DNA of 62,506 nucleotides, filler included, from an uncultured bacterium (GTDB taxonomy: Bacteria > CAYJOG01): NCBI GenBank assembly GCA_964371695.1. It is 9 parts of 9 records of this genome, joined end to end, with 100 filler letters (N's around TTAATTAATTAA, not from the genome) between each part and the next. Parts side by side here need not be neighbours in the genome. Positions count along the whole stretch, not along the records: positions 34,930 to 41,772 come from CAYJOG010000157.1; positions 41,873 to 48,692 come from CAYJOG010000158.1; 7 more parts are not named here. One strand, 5' to 3'. The translations under genes were made by a program, and so were the position numbers. This document shows, piece after piece, positions 36,892-46,205 of this stretch (position 1 is its first letter; every line of letters starts with the position of its first letter). Under the pieces are notes generated by a model. The model had not been told where the DNA came from and searched no databases. It saw nothing but the letters and a program-made list of their open reading frames with translations.

Positions 36892-39800
36892 ATGCGTTCT
36901 GGCCCCGGCCCCTATAAACCGGCGGGCCGCCATTTTGAGGTGGCCCAGGAAGAAGCCCTTCTCGCCCTCTGGGAAACCCAGCGGATGTTTGAGCGCTCGG
37001 TGGAAAACCGGCGCGGCCAGAAGCCTTTTGTGTTCTACGAAGGCCCCCCCACCGCCAACGGTGCGCCCCACCCCGGCCACCTGCTCACCAAGGCCATGAA
37101 AGACCTCTTCCCCCGTTATTTCACCATGACGGGCCACTGCTGCGAGCGCAAAGCCGGCTGGGACACCCACGGCCTGCCCGTGGAAATCGAAGTGGAAAAA
37201 CAACTGGGGCTGAAAAGCCGTGAAGACGTTGTGGAATATGGCGTGGAAAAGTTCGCCCAGCTCTGCCGCGAAAGCGTGTGGAAGTACAAGGGCGAATGGG
37301 AGACCACGGTGCGCCGGGGGGGCTTCTGGATTGACATGCAGCACCCCTACATCACGCTCGATAACAGCTACATCGAGTCGGTGTGGTGGGTGCTCAAGCA
37401 ACTGCACGAAAAAGACCTGCTCTACAAAGGCCACAAGGTGGTGCCCTATTGCCCCCTCACGGGCACGGTGCTGTCGTCCCACGAAGTCAGCCAGGGTTAC
37501 AAAGAGGTGGAAGACCCCTCGGTATTCGTGCTCATGGCGCGTGAAGGCGCCCCCGGCGAGTTTTTTCTGGTGTGGACCACCACCCCCTGGACACTGCCCG
37601 CCAACGTGGCCCTGGCCCTGGCTCCCAAGGCCGACTATGCCCGCGTGAAACTGGCGGACGGACGCATTGTGATTCTCGCCAAGGCCCTGGTAGAAAAAGT
37701 GCTGGCCAAAGAGGAAAACCCCTATGAAATCCTCAGCACCCTGCAGGGCAAAAAACTGGTGGGCGAGCGATATACGCGACTGTTTGCCGACCTGCCGGTG
37801 GAAAAAGGCGAAACCGTGCTGGCAGGGGATTTTGTCACGCTGGAAGACGGCACGGGCATTGTACACATCGCCCCCGCCTTTGGTGAAGAAGACTACAAGC
37901 TGGGCCGCGCCCACGGCCTGAGCCTGCTGGACCCCATCACGCCCCAGGGCACGTTTTCAGCGTCTGTTGACTGGCTGGAGGGGCAATATTTCAAGGACGC
38001 CGACAAAACCATCCTGCGGGCGCTGAAAGAAAAAAATCTGCTCTTTCGCCGCGAGCAGTTCAAACACAACTACCCCTTCAACTGGCGGCGGCCCGACAGC
38101 CCGCTGATGTACCGCGCCCGTGAGTCGTGGTTTATCGCCATGACCCAGGTGAAAGACCGCCTGCTCAAAAACAACCAGTCCATTCACTGGCACCCGGAAC
38201 ACATCAAGGATGGCCGCTTTGGCGATTTTCTGAACAACGTCATTGACTGGGCGCTTTCGCGCAACCGTTTCTGGGGCACACCCCTGCCGGTGTGGATCTG
38301 CGAGGGCTGCGCCCACGAGCTGGTGGTGGGGTCGGTGAAAGAGCTGGAAGCGCTGTCAGGCAAACACCTGGCCGATCTGGACCTGCACAAACCCTACGTG
38401 GACGAACTCACGTTCACCTGCCCTGAGTGCCAGCAGGCCACCATGCGCCGGGTGCCCGAAGTGATTGACTGCTGGTTCGATTCCGGCGCCATGCCCTATG
38501 CCCAGTGGCACTATCCCTTCGACGAAAAAAACCGCTTCGAAGACCGTTTCCCCGCCGATTTCATCTGCGAGGCCATCGACCAGACCCGTGGCTGGTTCTA
38601 TTCCATGCTGGCCATCGCCACCGCCCTGGACAAACCCGCCCCCTACCGCCACTGCCTGGTGCTGGGACACATTCTGGACAAAGACGGCCAGAAGATGAGC
38701 AAGTCCAAGGGCAACGCCCTGAGCGGCCTGGACATGATGAACACCTATGGGGCCGACGCCGTGCGATGGACGCTCTACGCCGGCTCTGACCCCTGGCTGC
38801 CCAAACGTTTTTATCCCGAAGTGGTGGCCGACGCCCGGCGGCGGTTTCTGGGCACCCTGCACAACGTCTATTCCTTTTTTGTGCTCTACGCCAACCTGGA
38901 CCACTTCACACCCGACCAGTTTGACGTGCCCCACGGCGAGCGCCACGAACTGGACCGCTGGATATTGAGCCGCTTGAGCCAGCTCACCCGCGAGGTGCGC
39001 GAAAGACTGGAAGACTTTGACGTGGCCCCGGCGGCCCGCGCCATTGAATATTTCGTGGTGGAGGAACTCAGCAACTGGTATCTGCGCCGCAGCCGCGACC
39101 GCTTCTGGGCCAGCGAATGGACCACCGAAAAAAAGGCGGCGTTCCTCACGCTGCACGACGTGCTGGTGAAAATCACACAAATCGCCGCGCCTTTTACCCC
39201 TTTTATCACCGAAGAAATCTGGCGCAACCTGACCGGCGCGGGCGAAGCCGACAGTGTGCATCTCACCGACTACCCCACCCCCACGCCCGGCCACGAAGAC
39301 ACCGAACTGGACGAACGCATGGAACTGGCCCGGCGGCTGAGCGAACTGGGGCGGTGTATTCGCCAGGAGGCCCGCCAAAAGGTGCGCCAGCCCCTAGCCG
39401 CCGCCTATCTCAAAGCCCCCAAAAACCAGCACGAACTCATCCGGCAGGTGTGGCCCATCGTGGCCGAAGAAATCAACGTCAGGGCACTGGAACTGCCCGA
39501 TGACTTCAGCCAGTACGCGCTGTTTCAGGTGCAGATCAACTTTAAAGAGGCAGGCCCGGTGCTGGGCGCACGGGTGAAGGAAGCCCAGGCCGCCATGAAG
39601 GGTTGCGACTGCGCCATGGTGGCGCAGACGCTGGAAAAGGAAGGCCACGTCACCCTGCAACTGGCCGACGGCCCCGTGGACCTGAAGGCCACCATGGTGC
39701 GGGTGGACCTGAAAACCAAAGAAGGTTTTGCGGTGGGGCGAGACGGCGACCTGATGATGGCGCTGGACGTGCAACTGACCGATGAACTGCTGCGCGAAGG

Positions 39801-40047
39801 TTTGGCGCGGGAGTTCAACAACCGCGTGAACGCCCGCCGCAAGGACATGAACCTGAACGTGAGCGACCGGGTGGAAGCCCTGGTGTTCGCCGGGCGCGAG
39901 GTGATGGTGGCGCTGAAGGAACACGAGGGGTTCATCAAGGAAAACGGCATGTTGCGCGCCCTGCGTTTTCTGGACAAACCCTGCCCCGAACTGCCGGAGA
40001 GCGAAAAACTCAATGAATACGACGTGCGGTTTGTGCTGAAGGCGTGA
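36892..40047 (+). CDS. ileS: isoleucine--tRNA ligase, type 2
   Basis: 'YEGPPTANGAPHPGH', 'GWDTHGLP', 'WTTTPWTLPAN', 'KMSKSKGN', C-terminal 'EGLARE..RVNARRKD'; no type-1 C-terminal Zn finger. Confidence 0.95.
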   Translation: MRSGPGPYKPAGRHFEVAQEEALLALWETQRMFERSVENRRGQKPFVFYEGPPTANGAPHPGHLLTKAMKDLFPRYFTMTGHCCERKAGWDTHGLPVEIEVEKQLGLKSREDVVEYGVEKFAQLCRESVWKYKGEWETTVRRGGFWIDMQHPYITLDNSYIESVWWVLKQLHEKDLLYKGHKVVPYCPLTGTVLSSHEVSQGYKEVEDPSVFVLMAREGAPGEFFLVWTTTPWTLPANVALALAPKADYARVKLADGRIVILAKALVEKVLAKEENPYEILSTLQGKKLVGERYTRLFADLPVEKGETVLAGDFVTLEDGTGIVHIAPAFGEEDYKLGRAHGLSLLDPITPQGTFSASVDWLEGQYFKDADKTILRALKEKNLLFRREQFKHNYPFNWRRPDSPLMYRARESWFIAMTQVKDRLLKNNQSIHWHPEHIKDGRFGDFLNNVIDWALSRNRFWGTPLPVWICEGCAHELVVGSVKELEALSGKHLADLDLHKPYVDELTFTCPECQQATMRRVPEVIDCWFDSGAMPYAQWHYPFDEKNRFEDRFPADFICEAIDQTRGWFYSMLAIATALDKPAPYRHCLVLGHILDKDGQKMSKSKGNALSGLDMMNTYGADAVRWTLYAGSDPWLPKRFYPEVVADARRRFLGTLHNVYSFFVLYANLDHFTPDQFDVPHGERHELDRWILSRLSQLTREVRERLEDFDVAPAARAIEYFVVEELSNWYLRRSRDRFWASEWTTEKKAAFLTLHDVLVKITQIAAPFTPFITEEIWRNLTGAGEADSVHLTDYPTPTPGHEDTELDERMELARRLSELGRCIRQEARQKVRQPLAAAYLKAPKNQHELIRQVWPIVAEEINVRALELPDDFSQYALFQVQINFKEAGPVLGARVKEAQAAMKGCDCAMVAQTLEKEGHVTLQLADGPVDLKATMVRVDLKTKEGFAVGRDGDLMMALDVQLTDELLREGLAREFNNRVNARRKDMNLNVSDRVEALVFAGREVMVALKEHEGFIKENGMLRALRFLDKPCPELPESEKLNEYDVRFVLKA

Positions 40048-40070
40048 TGGGGAAGCGGCCCAAAAATCTT

Positions 40071-40342
40071 TGCTCTCTCCCTGAGGGAGAGGGCATTTCA
40101 GGATAATTTTCCTAAAAAACAATACAGGCTTTCAAGAACGGGGCAGATGCCCACAAGCCTTTGCCCTCTCCCTTAGGGAGAGGGCAGCCGAGGGTTGAGC
40201 ACAGCGAAACCCGAGGCGGGTGAGGGGGATAAGGAATGAAGGGCAATGAACTCGGTTTTTGATCCACCGGGCTTTCCCCCTCACCCGCCCGTAACCTCAC
40301 TCCGTTCGGTTACGGCCTGCCCTCTCCCTGAAGGAGAGGGCA
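40071..40342. repeat. cluster of three boxC-like palindromes downstream of second DUF559 gene
   Basis: Hairpin only at 40071-40095; full copy on minus strand at 40162-40228; full copy on plus strand at 40276-40342. Confidence 0.85.
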
Positions 40343-40352
40343 AGTCGGTTAA

Positions 40353-40748
40353 TCAGATTTTTTCTGATGCGGCACCTGCGGATTGCCCCCCTTTTCGGGC
40401 TTCGACAACCCGCCAAATTTCTTCCAGTACCGATTCAGTTCGGCACAACACGTCGTTATCCCAAAAACGGATGATTTTTATCCCACGGTCCCAGAAAAAG
40501 TTTTCCCTCTTCTGGTCTTTTTGCAGTTGTTTTTCTTCCAGATGCTGACCACCATCCAGTTCCACACCCAGCGCCAGTTCTTCACAATAAAAATCCAGGA
40601 TGTACGGCGACACGGGGTGTTGGCGGCGGAACTTGACCCCACCCAGTCGCCTGTTTCGCAACAGAAGCCATAAAAGCTCTTCTGAATCGGTCAGTCTCCC
40701 CCTTAGCTCCCGCGCATAGGCCAAAGTTCTGGGATGAACAGGGGACAT
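40353..40748 (-). CDS. DUF559 endonuclease domain protein, second paralog
   Basis: 'ARELRGRLTDSEELLWLLLRNRRLGGVKFRRQHPVSPYILDFYC' and 'VELDGGQH', 'IIRFWDNDV'. Confidence 0.92.
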   Translation of the reverse strand: MSPVHPRTLAYARELRGRLTDSEELLWLLLRNRRLGGVKFRRQHPVSPYILDFYCEELALGVELDGGQHLEEKQLQKDQKRENFFWDRGIKIIRFWDNDVLCRTESVLEEIWRVVEARKGGQSAGAASEKI

Positions 40749-40860
40749 GGCCGGATGGTAACACCCACCAGTTTCTGGTTTCCCTCAATGCCTTTCTCTT
40801 TCCCGCTTTGTCTTTTTTGCCACTACACTGACTCACCCATCACCAAGAAGGAGCATCACC

Positions 40861-41772
40861 ATGGCCACCGCCACCACCAAAAAGCCCGCTAAAAAAGCAG
40901 CCCCCAAAAAACTGGCAACCAAAACCGCCGCCCCTAAAAAACCGGCCCCCAAAGCCCACGCCCCGGCACGGGTGGAGCGCATCAGCACCAACCCGGCCAC
41001 TGGCGAAGACCTGGGCAGTTACCCGGTGTTCACGCCCGACGAAGTGCGCGCCGCCATCGCCCGCGCCCGTGCAGCCCAGCCCCGCTGGGCGGCGTTCTCC
41101 CTCGAAAAACGCATCGAGTTCATGAAGCGCGTGAAGCGCGACATCCTCAACCACATGGGCGACTTGGCGGAGCTTATCTCCAAGGAAAGCGGCAAACCCC
41201 GCGTGGAGGCCCACAACGCCGAGATCATTCTCATCTGCGACCTCATTGACTATTTCTCCAAAGAAGCCCCCAAGCTGCTGGCCGACGAAAAACTGCCCAT
41301 GCCCCAGGTGGCCTTCAAAACCAAATCCACCAAACTTTTTTATGCCCCCCTGGGTGTCATCGGCGTCATCAGCCCCTGGAACTGGCCCTTCGCCATTCCC
41401 ATGAGCGAAATCATCATGGCGCTGATTTGCGGCAACACGGTGGTGCTCAAACCCGCCGAGCCCACCAGCCTGTGCGGCCTGCGCATCGGCGAGCTGTTTG
41501 ACCGCGCCGGTGTGCCCGAAGGCGTGGTGGAAGTGGTGACCGGCTCTGGCAGCAGCACGGGTCAGGCGCTGGTAGAGGGCGACGTGGACAAGGTGGTGTT
41601 CACCGGCTCTGTGGAAGTGGGGCGGCACATCATGGAAACCGCCGCCAAACGCCTGTGCCCCGCTGTGCTGGAACTGGGCGGCAAAGACCCGATGATCATC
41701 TGCGAAGACGCTTACCTGAACGCCGCCGCCGAGGCCGCCGTGTGGGGGGCTTTCTTCAACCAGGGTCAGGTG
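40861..41772 (+). CDS. aldehyde dehydrogenase (3' truncated) with Lys/Ala/Pro-rich N-terminal extension
   Basis: 'NPATGE', 'PLGVIGVISPWNWP', 'GNTVVLKPAE', 'FTGSVEVG' and 'LELGGKDP'. Confidence 0.93.
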
Positions 41773-41872
41773 NNNNNNNNNNNNNNNNNNNNNNNNNNNN
41801 NNNNNNNNNNNNNNNNTTAATTAATTAANNNNNNNNNNNNNNNNNNNNNNNNNNNNNNNNNNNNNNNNNNNN

Positions 41873-41927
41873 GCCCTTCACGGCGACGGGGGCGTCGCCG
41901 CTACTCAGGTAAACCTGACAGCAATGG
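41873..41927. repeat. GTAG REP plus MITE terminus at contig start
   Basis: gcccttcacggcg...cgccgctactc is shared with 10274-10307; aacctgacagcaatgg is shared with 12549-12564. Confidence 0.65.
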
Positions 41928-42019
41928 ACGCCGCGCCTGATCTACATATTTTTTAATCTCCGCCAGCCCCGGCAACAATGGCGCTCAACGCCGGTCAATT
42001 CTCAAAAAGCGTCAGGACT

Positions 42020-42035
42020 TGGCCCGCAAATTGCT
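42020..42035 (+). promoter_or_regulatory. sigma54 (-24/-12) promoter candidate
   Basis: TGGCCC-GCAAA-TTGCT (GG-N10-GC) about 90 bp upstream of the receiver/kinase pair, with an AT-rich leader. Confidence 0.6.
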
Positions 42036-42126
42036 AAGACCTTATCGATTTGATTCAAACCAAATTGGTTCTATTGATGAACAGTTATGATCAAGCGGCA
42101 GCTTTAGCCACAGGATAAATACAACC

Positions 42127-42546
42127 ATGCCTTCCATCCTTCAGGATAAACCGTCCCAAACCATCCCACCCAGGGAAAACCCGCCGGGGTACATTCTGGT
42201 GGCGGATGACGAAGCCCTGATTCTGCGGGGGCTGGAGCGGGTTTTTCAGCAGCAGGGCTGGAAGGGTATTTTCCTCAGAAATCCCCATGTGGTTGACATT
42301 ACGGACGCCTTTGAGCACCACATCATCAGCGCCTGCCTGCTGGACCTCGTAATGCCCTCTCTGAGCGGCCAGGAGGCTGCCAGGGTGATCCGCCAGCTCA
42401 ACCGGCACGTGCCCATCGTGTTCATGAGCGGTTACGCCGATTGCATGGACCAACTGGATTTTTTCGCCCCCTGCCGCTTTATGGCCAAGCCCTTTTCGGT
42501 GAGTCAGTTGACCGCTGTTTTTTGGGAGCTGGGCTGGGGGAAGTAA
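42127..42546 (+). CDS. single-domain response regulator (receiver)
   Basis: 'ILVADDE', 'LLDLVMPSLSG', 'FMSGY' and 'AKPFS'. Confidence 0.88.
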   Translation: MPSILQDKPSQTIPPRENPPGYILVADDEALILRGLERVFQQQGWKGIFLRNPHVVDITDAFEHHIISACLLDLVMPSLSGQEAARVIRQLNRHVPIVFMSGYADCMDQLDFFAPCRFMAKPFSVSQLTAVFWELGWGK

Positions 42547-42565
42547 ACCTCTTTTTTTCATCAGA

Positions 42566-44437
42566 ATGACAAACTGCGTCGCAACAAAAAACTCCATGCC
42601 TGTCTGGTTGAACTCTTTGCTGGACCACCTGCCGCTCCCGGCGGTGCTGCTGCGCAACACCAACCTTTCCGGCGAAACACTGGCCGTGCAGCGGGTGAAC
42701 ACCGCCTTCACCAACCGCTATGGTTATCACACACAGGACATTCCCGACGCAGCCACACTGGTCAAACACATTTTTCCAATCCCTGAGGAGCAAACCACCT
42801 TTTTGTTGTGGCTACGCGCCGGGTTTGAACACCCCCCCGCCGGGCCGGATGAAGAAAACACGCTGAATGTCACACTGGCCGAAAAAAGCGGCGAACAGTT
42901 TTCCATCCAGTTGAGCCGCTGCGTTCAGGATCACAACCAGTTACTGTTTTTCAGCCAGGGACAAATCGGCCCCAAAAACCAGTTCCAGATGGCGCAGGTG
43001 GCCCAGGCCATGCCCCTGGGGGCGCTGATACTGGACAAGGACCACCGTGTGGTCTGGGCCAATGAGGCCTTTGAAAAAATCACCAGCCGCACACTGGCCG
43101 ATGTGCTGGGCAAAACCCCCGCCGAGTTCAACGCCGATTCTCCACCGGCAGAGGCCCACAGCCTGGAAATCATGGCCAATGTCCTGGCAACCCGGTCATT
43201 GCGCGGGGAATTGTTGCGACACCGGAAAAACGGCGAAGCCTACTGGCTCGACCTGCACGTGGGTGAACTCAGGGATGAATCGGGCCAGATAAGCGGTTAT
43301 GTGGGGGTTTTCAGCGATGTCACGGAACGGCGCAACGCCACCGAGGAAATGCGCAAGCTGGCCACCATCACCCAGCGCACCACCGATGGCGTGCTGATAC
43401 TGGATGAAGAAGGAAAAATCCTGTGGATGAACGAAGCTTTTGAACACGACAGCGGCTACACGCTCGAAGAATTAAAAGGAAAAATTCCCCTCCAGGTTTT
43501 TTCACTGAACAGCCTTGATCAGACAGCAGAGGTCATTTCGAGGAAAACAGACCGGAAAAAATGTTCTTACCAGATGCAGATGGCCATCCGGCGAAAAGAC
43601 GGCATGGAGCGCTGGTGGGATGTCAGCGGCGCGCCCGTGTTTGACGACGAGGGGAAGTTTTTGTGCTTTTTGAGCATTTCGCGTGACATCACGGAAAGGA
43701 AAAAAATTCAGGAGGATCTTTTTCAGGCCCGAAAGATGGACGCCCTGGGCCAGTTGGTGGCGGGTGTGGCCCACGATTACAACAACATCATCACCATCAT
43801 CGGCCTGAACACCCACCTGCTGGTGGAGTCCTGCGAGGTCACCAACCCCAGCGCCGTGGAGCCGCTCAAGGAAATCCTCACCGCCGCTGACAAGGCAAGG
43901 GACCTGACCAAGCAGTTGCTCACATTTGCCCGCAAGTCGCCCCTGCACAAACAGCACCTGGACATCAATGAAGTGCTGGGGGACATGAGGCCCCTGATCA
44001 AGAAAATGCTGAATATAGACACGGCGCTTTCACTGTCGCTGAAGCCAGGGCTGCCGCCGGTGATGGCCAACCGCCAGCAGGTGGAAACCGCCCTGCTGAA
44101 CTTGGCCTCCAACGCCCGCGACGCCATGCCAAGGGGCGGCATCCTGCTCATCGAAACCCGTCTGACCCAGGAAAGCGGCCCCGGCGGAACACCCCGCTAC
44201 GACTATGTGCAGGTGAGCGTGACAGACACCGGAACGGGCATGGACGACGCCACCAAGGCGCGTCTTTTTGAACCGTTCTTCACCACCAAGCACCAGGGCA
44301 AAGGCACCGGCCTGGGGGCCTCGATGGTCTACGGACTCATGAGCCAGCTGGGGGGTTTTGTGAGGGTTGAAAGCACTCCCGGCGAGGGCGCCACCATTCA
44401 CCTGTTCTTCCCCCCCGCCGAGCCGGACAATGCCTGA
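42566..44437 (+). CDS. multi-PAS sensor histidine kinase
   Basis: PAS/PAC repeats, H-box 'AGVAHDYNN', 'LNLASNARDAM', 'DTGTGM' and 'FEPFFTTK..GTGLG'. Confidence 0.93.
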   Translation: MTNCVATKNSMPVWLNSLLDHLPLPAVLLRNTNLSGETLAVQRVNTAFTNRYGYHTQDIPDAATLVKHIFPIPEEQTTFLLWLRAGFEHPPAGPDEENTLNVTLAEKSGEQFSIQLSRCVQDHNQLLFFSQGQIGPKNQFQMAQVAQAMPLGALILDKDHRVVWANEAFEKITSRTLADVLGKTPAEFNADSPPAEAHSLEIMANVLATRSLRGELLRHRKNGEAYWLDLHVGELRDESGQISGYVGVFSDVTERRNATEEMRKLATITQRTTDGVLILDEEGKILWMNEAFEHDSGYTLEELKGKIPLQVFSLNSLDQTAEVISRKTDRKKCSYQMQMAIRRKDGMERWWDVSGAPVFDDEGKFLCFLSISRDITERKKIQEDLFQARKMDALGQLVAGVAHDYNNIITIIGLNTHLLVESCEVTNPSAVEPLKEILTAADKARDLTKQLLTFARKSPLHKQHLDINEVLGDMRPLIKKMLNIDTALSLSLKPGLPPVMANRQQVETALLNLASNARDAMPRGGILLIETRLTQESGPGGTPRYDYVQVSVTDTGTGMDDATKARLFEPFFTTKHQGKGTGLGASMVYGLMSQLGGFVRVESTPGEGATIHLFFPPAEPDNA

Positions 44438-45849
44438 CCCGCCCGGTTTGCCTCGGCGGGGATAAACCACTTCACAGGCTGGGTCGTGGGCATGGTGATG
44501 GGGCGTGCGTATTCCGAGGAACCGGCCCGGACATGCAACGTGTGTTTGCCCGACGGCACAAACCATTGCAGACGCCCTGCCTCCAGCACCACGGGGGTCC
44601 AGTCGCCCTCGTCCACTTTCAGTTGAATCACCTTCATGGGGCTGAGAATGCTCACGAGATTATTGGCAGGCTGGCTGCCGCTGAGGAGCGCCGAAGGACT
44701 GAGGCTCTCGACAGCCTTGGGCAGGGGTTTGAGCACCACCTTCAGCACCGGCTCGCCGTGGGGTTCCAGCCAGAGCCGCTCGCTGGCGTGGCCTTCTTTT
44801 TCGAGCAACAGTTCGCCCCCTTTTTTGCCGATACGCACACGATGGGGCGTGAGATGGGGCTGATAACGCCCGTTGAAAAACACCCGTGCGCCCGCCGGTG
44901 TGGTGTAGACATCCACAAAACCGGACAGGGGCTGAGAGGCCAGCATCACCGGCATTGGTTTTTCCACCGGGCCGCCGCGCAACGTGCCCACCGCTCCCGC
45001 CGCTGCCGCTGCCAGCAGGCCCACCAGGGCGGCTTTTTGCCAACGGGGCATGGGGGCGGCCTGCTCCAGAGCCAGTGTGCTGACCCCCACAAAACCCGCC
45101 ACCGCCGTAGCCTGGGTGTGTGGCGAAAGCGCCACCGCCGCGCAGGCCAGCCGCCGGGTGAGTTCTCCGGGGCTGAGGGGCGCAAGAAAAAGCCGCCGTA
45201 CCTCCTTGTTTTTCAGGGCGTCCACCAGGGGGGGACTCACCAGCAGCACCCCTTCGCCGGAGGCCAGCTCCGACACGGTGATTTCCACCATCGCGCCGGG
45301 GTCGTGGCCCAGCAGGCGTCCGCTCAGGCGCACCACGCTCTGCTCAGGGGCCTGGGGCAACCGCGTGAGGTGCGGGGGACTGACACGCACCAGTCGCCGC
45401 TCCTGCGCCACATAGGCCGCCGTGTGACCAAAGTGCCCCACCACCCACAGCGGCCCCACCAGCACACCGGCCGTAAGGGCAACCCCCTGGCGCAGAGAGC
45501 CATCGGCAGCAACTTTTTTGAGCCTTTTGTGTACAAGCACAAAAGCCCGGTGCAGCGCTTGGCGGGCCTGTTGTTCGGTTTTTGGGTCCGCGTCCAGCAG
45601 GGTGGTGTGCAGGCTTTCCACCGCCAGACGAGCCAGGTCTTCGCCGCCCGACTCCCCCCCCACTCCGGCGGCCACCGCAAGCAACACGGCCCCGCCGGGC
45701 AACGTCACCACCAAAGAAGCATCGGTTCGCGCACCACACAATCCGCCGGATTCCGACGCCGAGGCGGTAAAAACAGTTCGCCCATTGCTGGCGACAGGCC
45801 GTGGGGCAATCCCCGCCTCTTCCTGCTCAGCGGCCAGCTTGTCCGGCAA
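44398..45849 (-). CDS. degenerate PP2C-fold + TM + PEGA-domain protein
   Basis: PP2C-like 'LLAVAAGVGGESGGEDLA' and 'VGHFGHTAAY'; TM segment; PEGA 'VYTTPAGARVFFNG..TP'. Confidence 0.7.
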   Translation of the reverse strand: MPDKLAAEQEEAGIAPRPVASNGRTVFTASASESGGLCGARTDASLVVTLPGGAVLLAVAAGVGGESGGEDLARLAVESLHTTLLDADPKTEQQARQALHRAFVLVHKRLKKVAADGSLRQGVALTAGVLVGPLWVVGHFGHTAAYVAQERRLVRVSPPHLTRLPQAPEQSVVRLSGRLLGHDPGAMVEITVSELASGEGVLLVSPPLVDALKNKEVRRLFLAPLSPGELTRRLACAAVALSPHTQATAVAGFVGVSTLALEQAAPMPRWQKAALVGLLAAAAAGAVGTLRGGPVEKPMPVMLASQPLSGFVDVYTTPAGARVFFNGRYQPHLTPHRVRIGKKGGELLLEKEGHASERLWLEPHGEPVLKVVLKPLPKAVESLSPSALLSGSQPANNLVSILSPMKVIQLKVDEGDWTPVVLEAGRLQWFVPSGKHTLHVRAGSSEYARPITMPTTQPVKWFIPAEANRAGQALSGSAGGKNR

Positions 45850-45886
45850 CCCGTTTCACCACCTCAACCATCGCCCGGGCGGTGGC

Positions 45887-46102
45887 TCAGGAGGCGTTTG
45901 CCTCGATGCGGGGATAAACCAGCGGCTGGGGAATGGGATCCTGCCTGCGCACCGCGCTAAGAGCCACTTCGCTCAACGTCAGGTCCACATCCACGGAAGT
46001 TTTGCACTCCGGGCAGATCACCAGATGCCTCAGCCGCCGGGTGTCAACGCCCTTGAAGCCACTCCATCCGCAGGTGGGGCAAGTGATCTTTTTGGTCAAC
46101 AT
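45887..46102 (-). CDS. small zinc-ribbon protein
   Basis: CPTC...CPEC pair; start uncertain (46102-46129). Confidence 0.55.
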   Translation of the reverse strand: MLTKKITCPTCGWSGFKGVDTRRLRHLVICPECKTSVDVDLTLSEVALSAVRRQDPIPQPLVYPRIEANAS

Positions 46103-46205
46103 GGTCCCCATGATACTTCGCATAATCACCCGGAATCAAGCCCCAAGCGAATAAAGTTTCATGGTGTTGAATATCAGCCCCAGGCGTTAAGTCCTGATTG
46201 ACGAA

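Noticed and set aside
40071-40342. Possible CRISPR array from spaced palindromes
   Set aside because: Repeats alternate in orientation, vary in length, lack regular spacers, and no cas genes are present.
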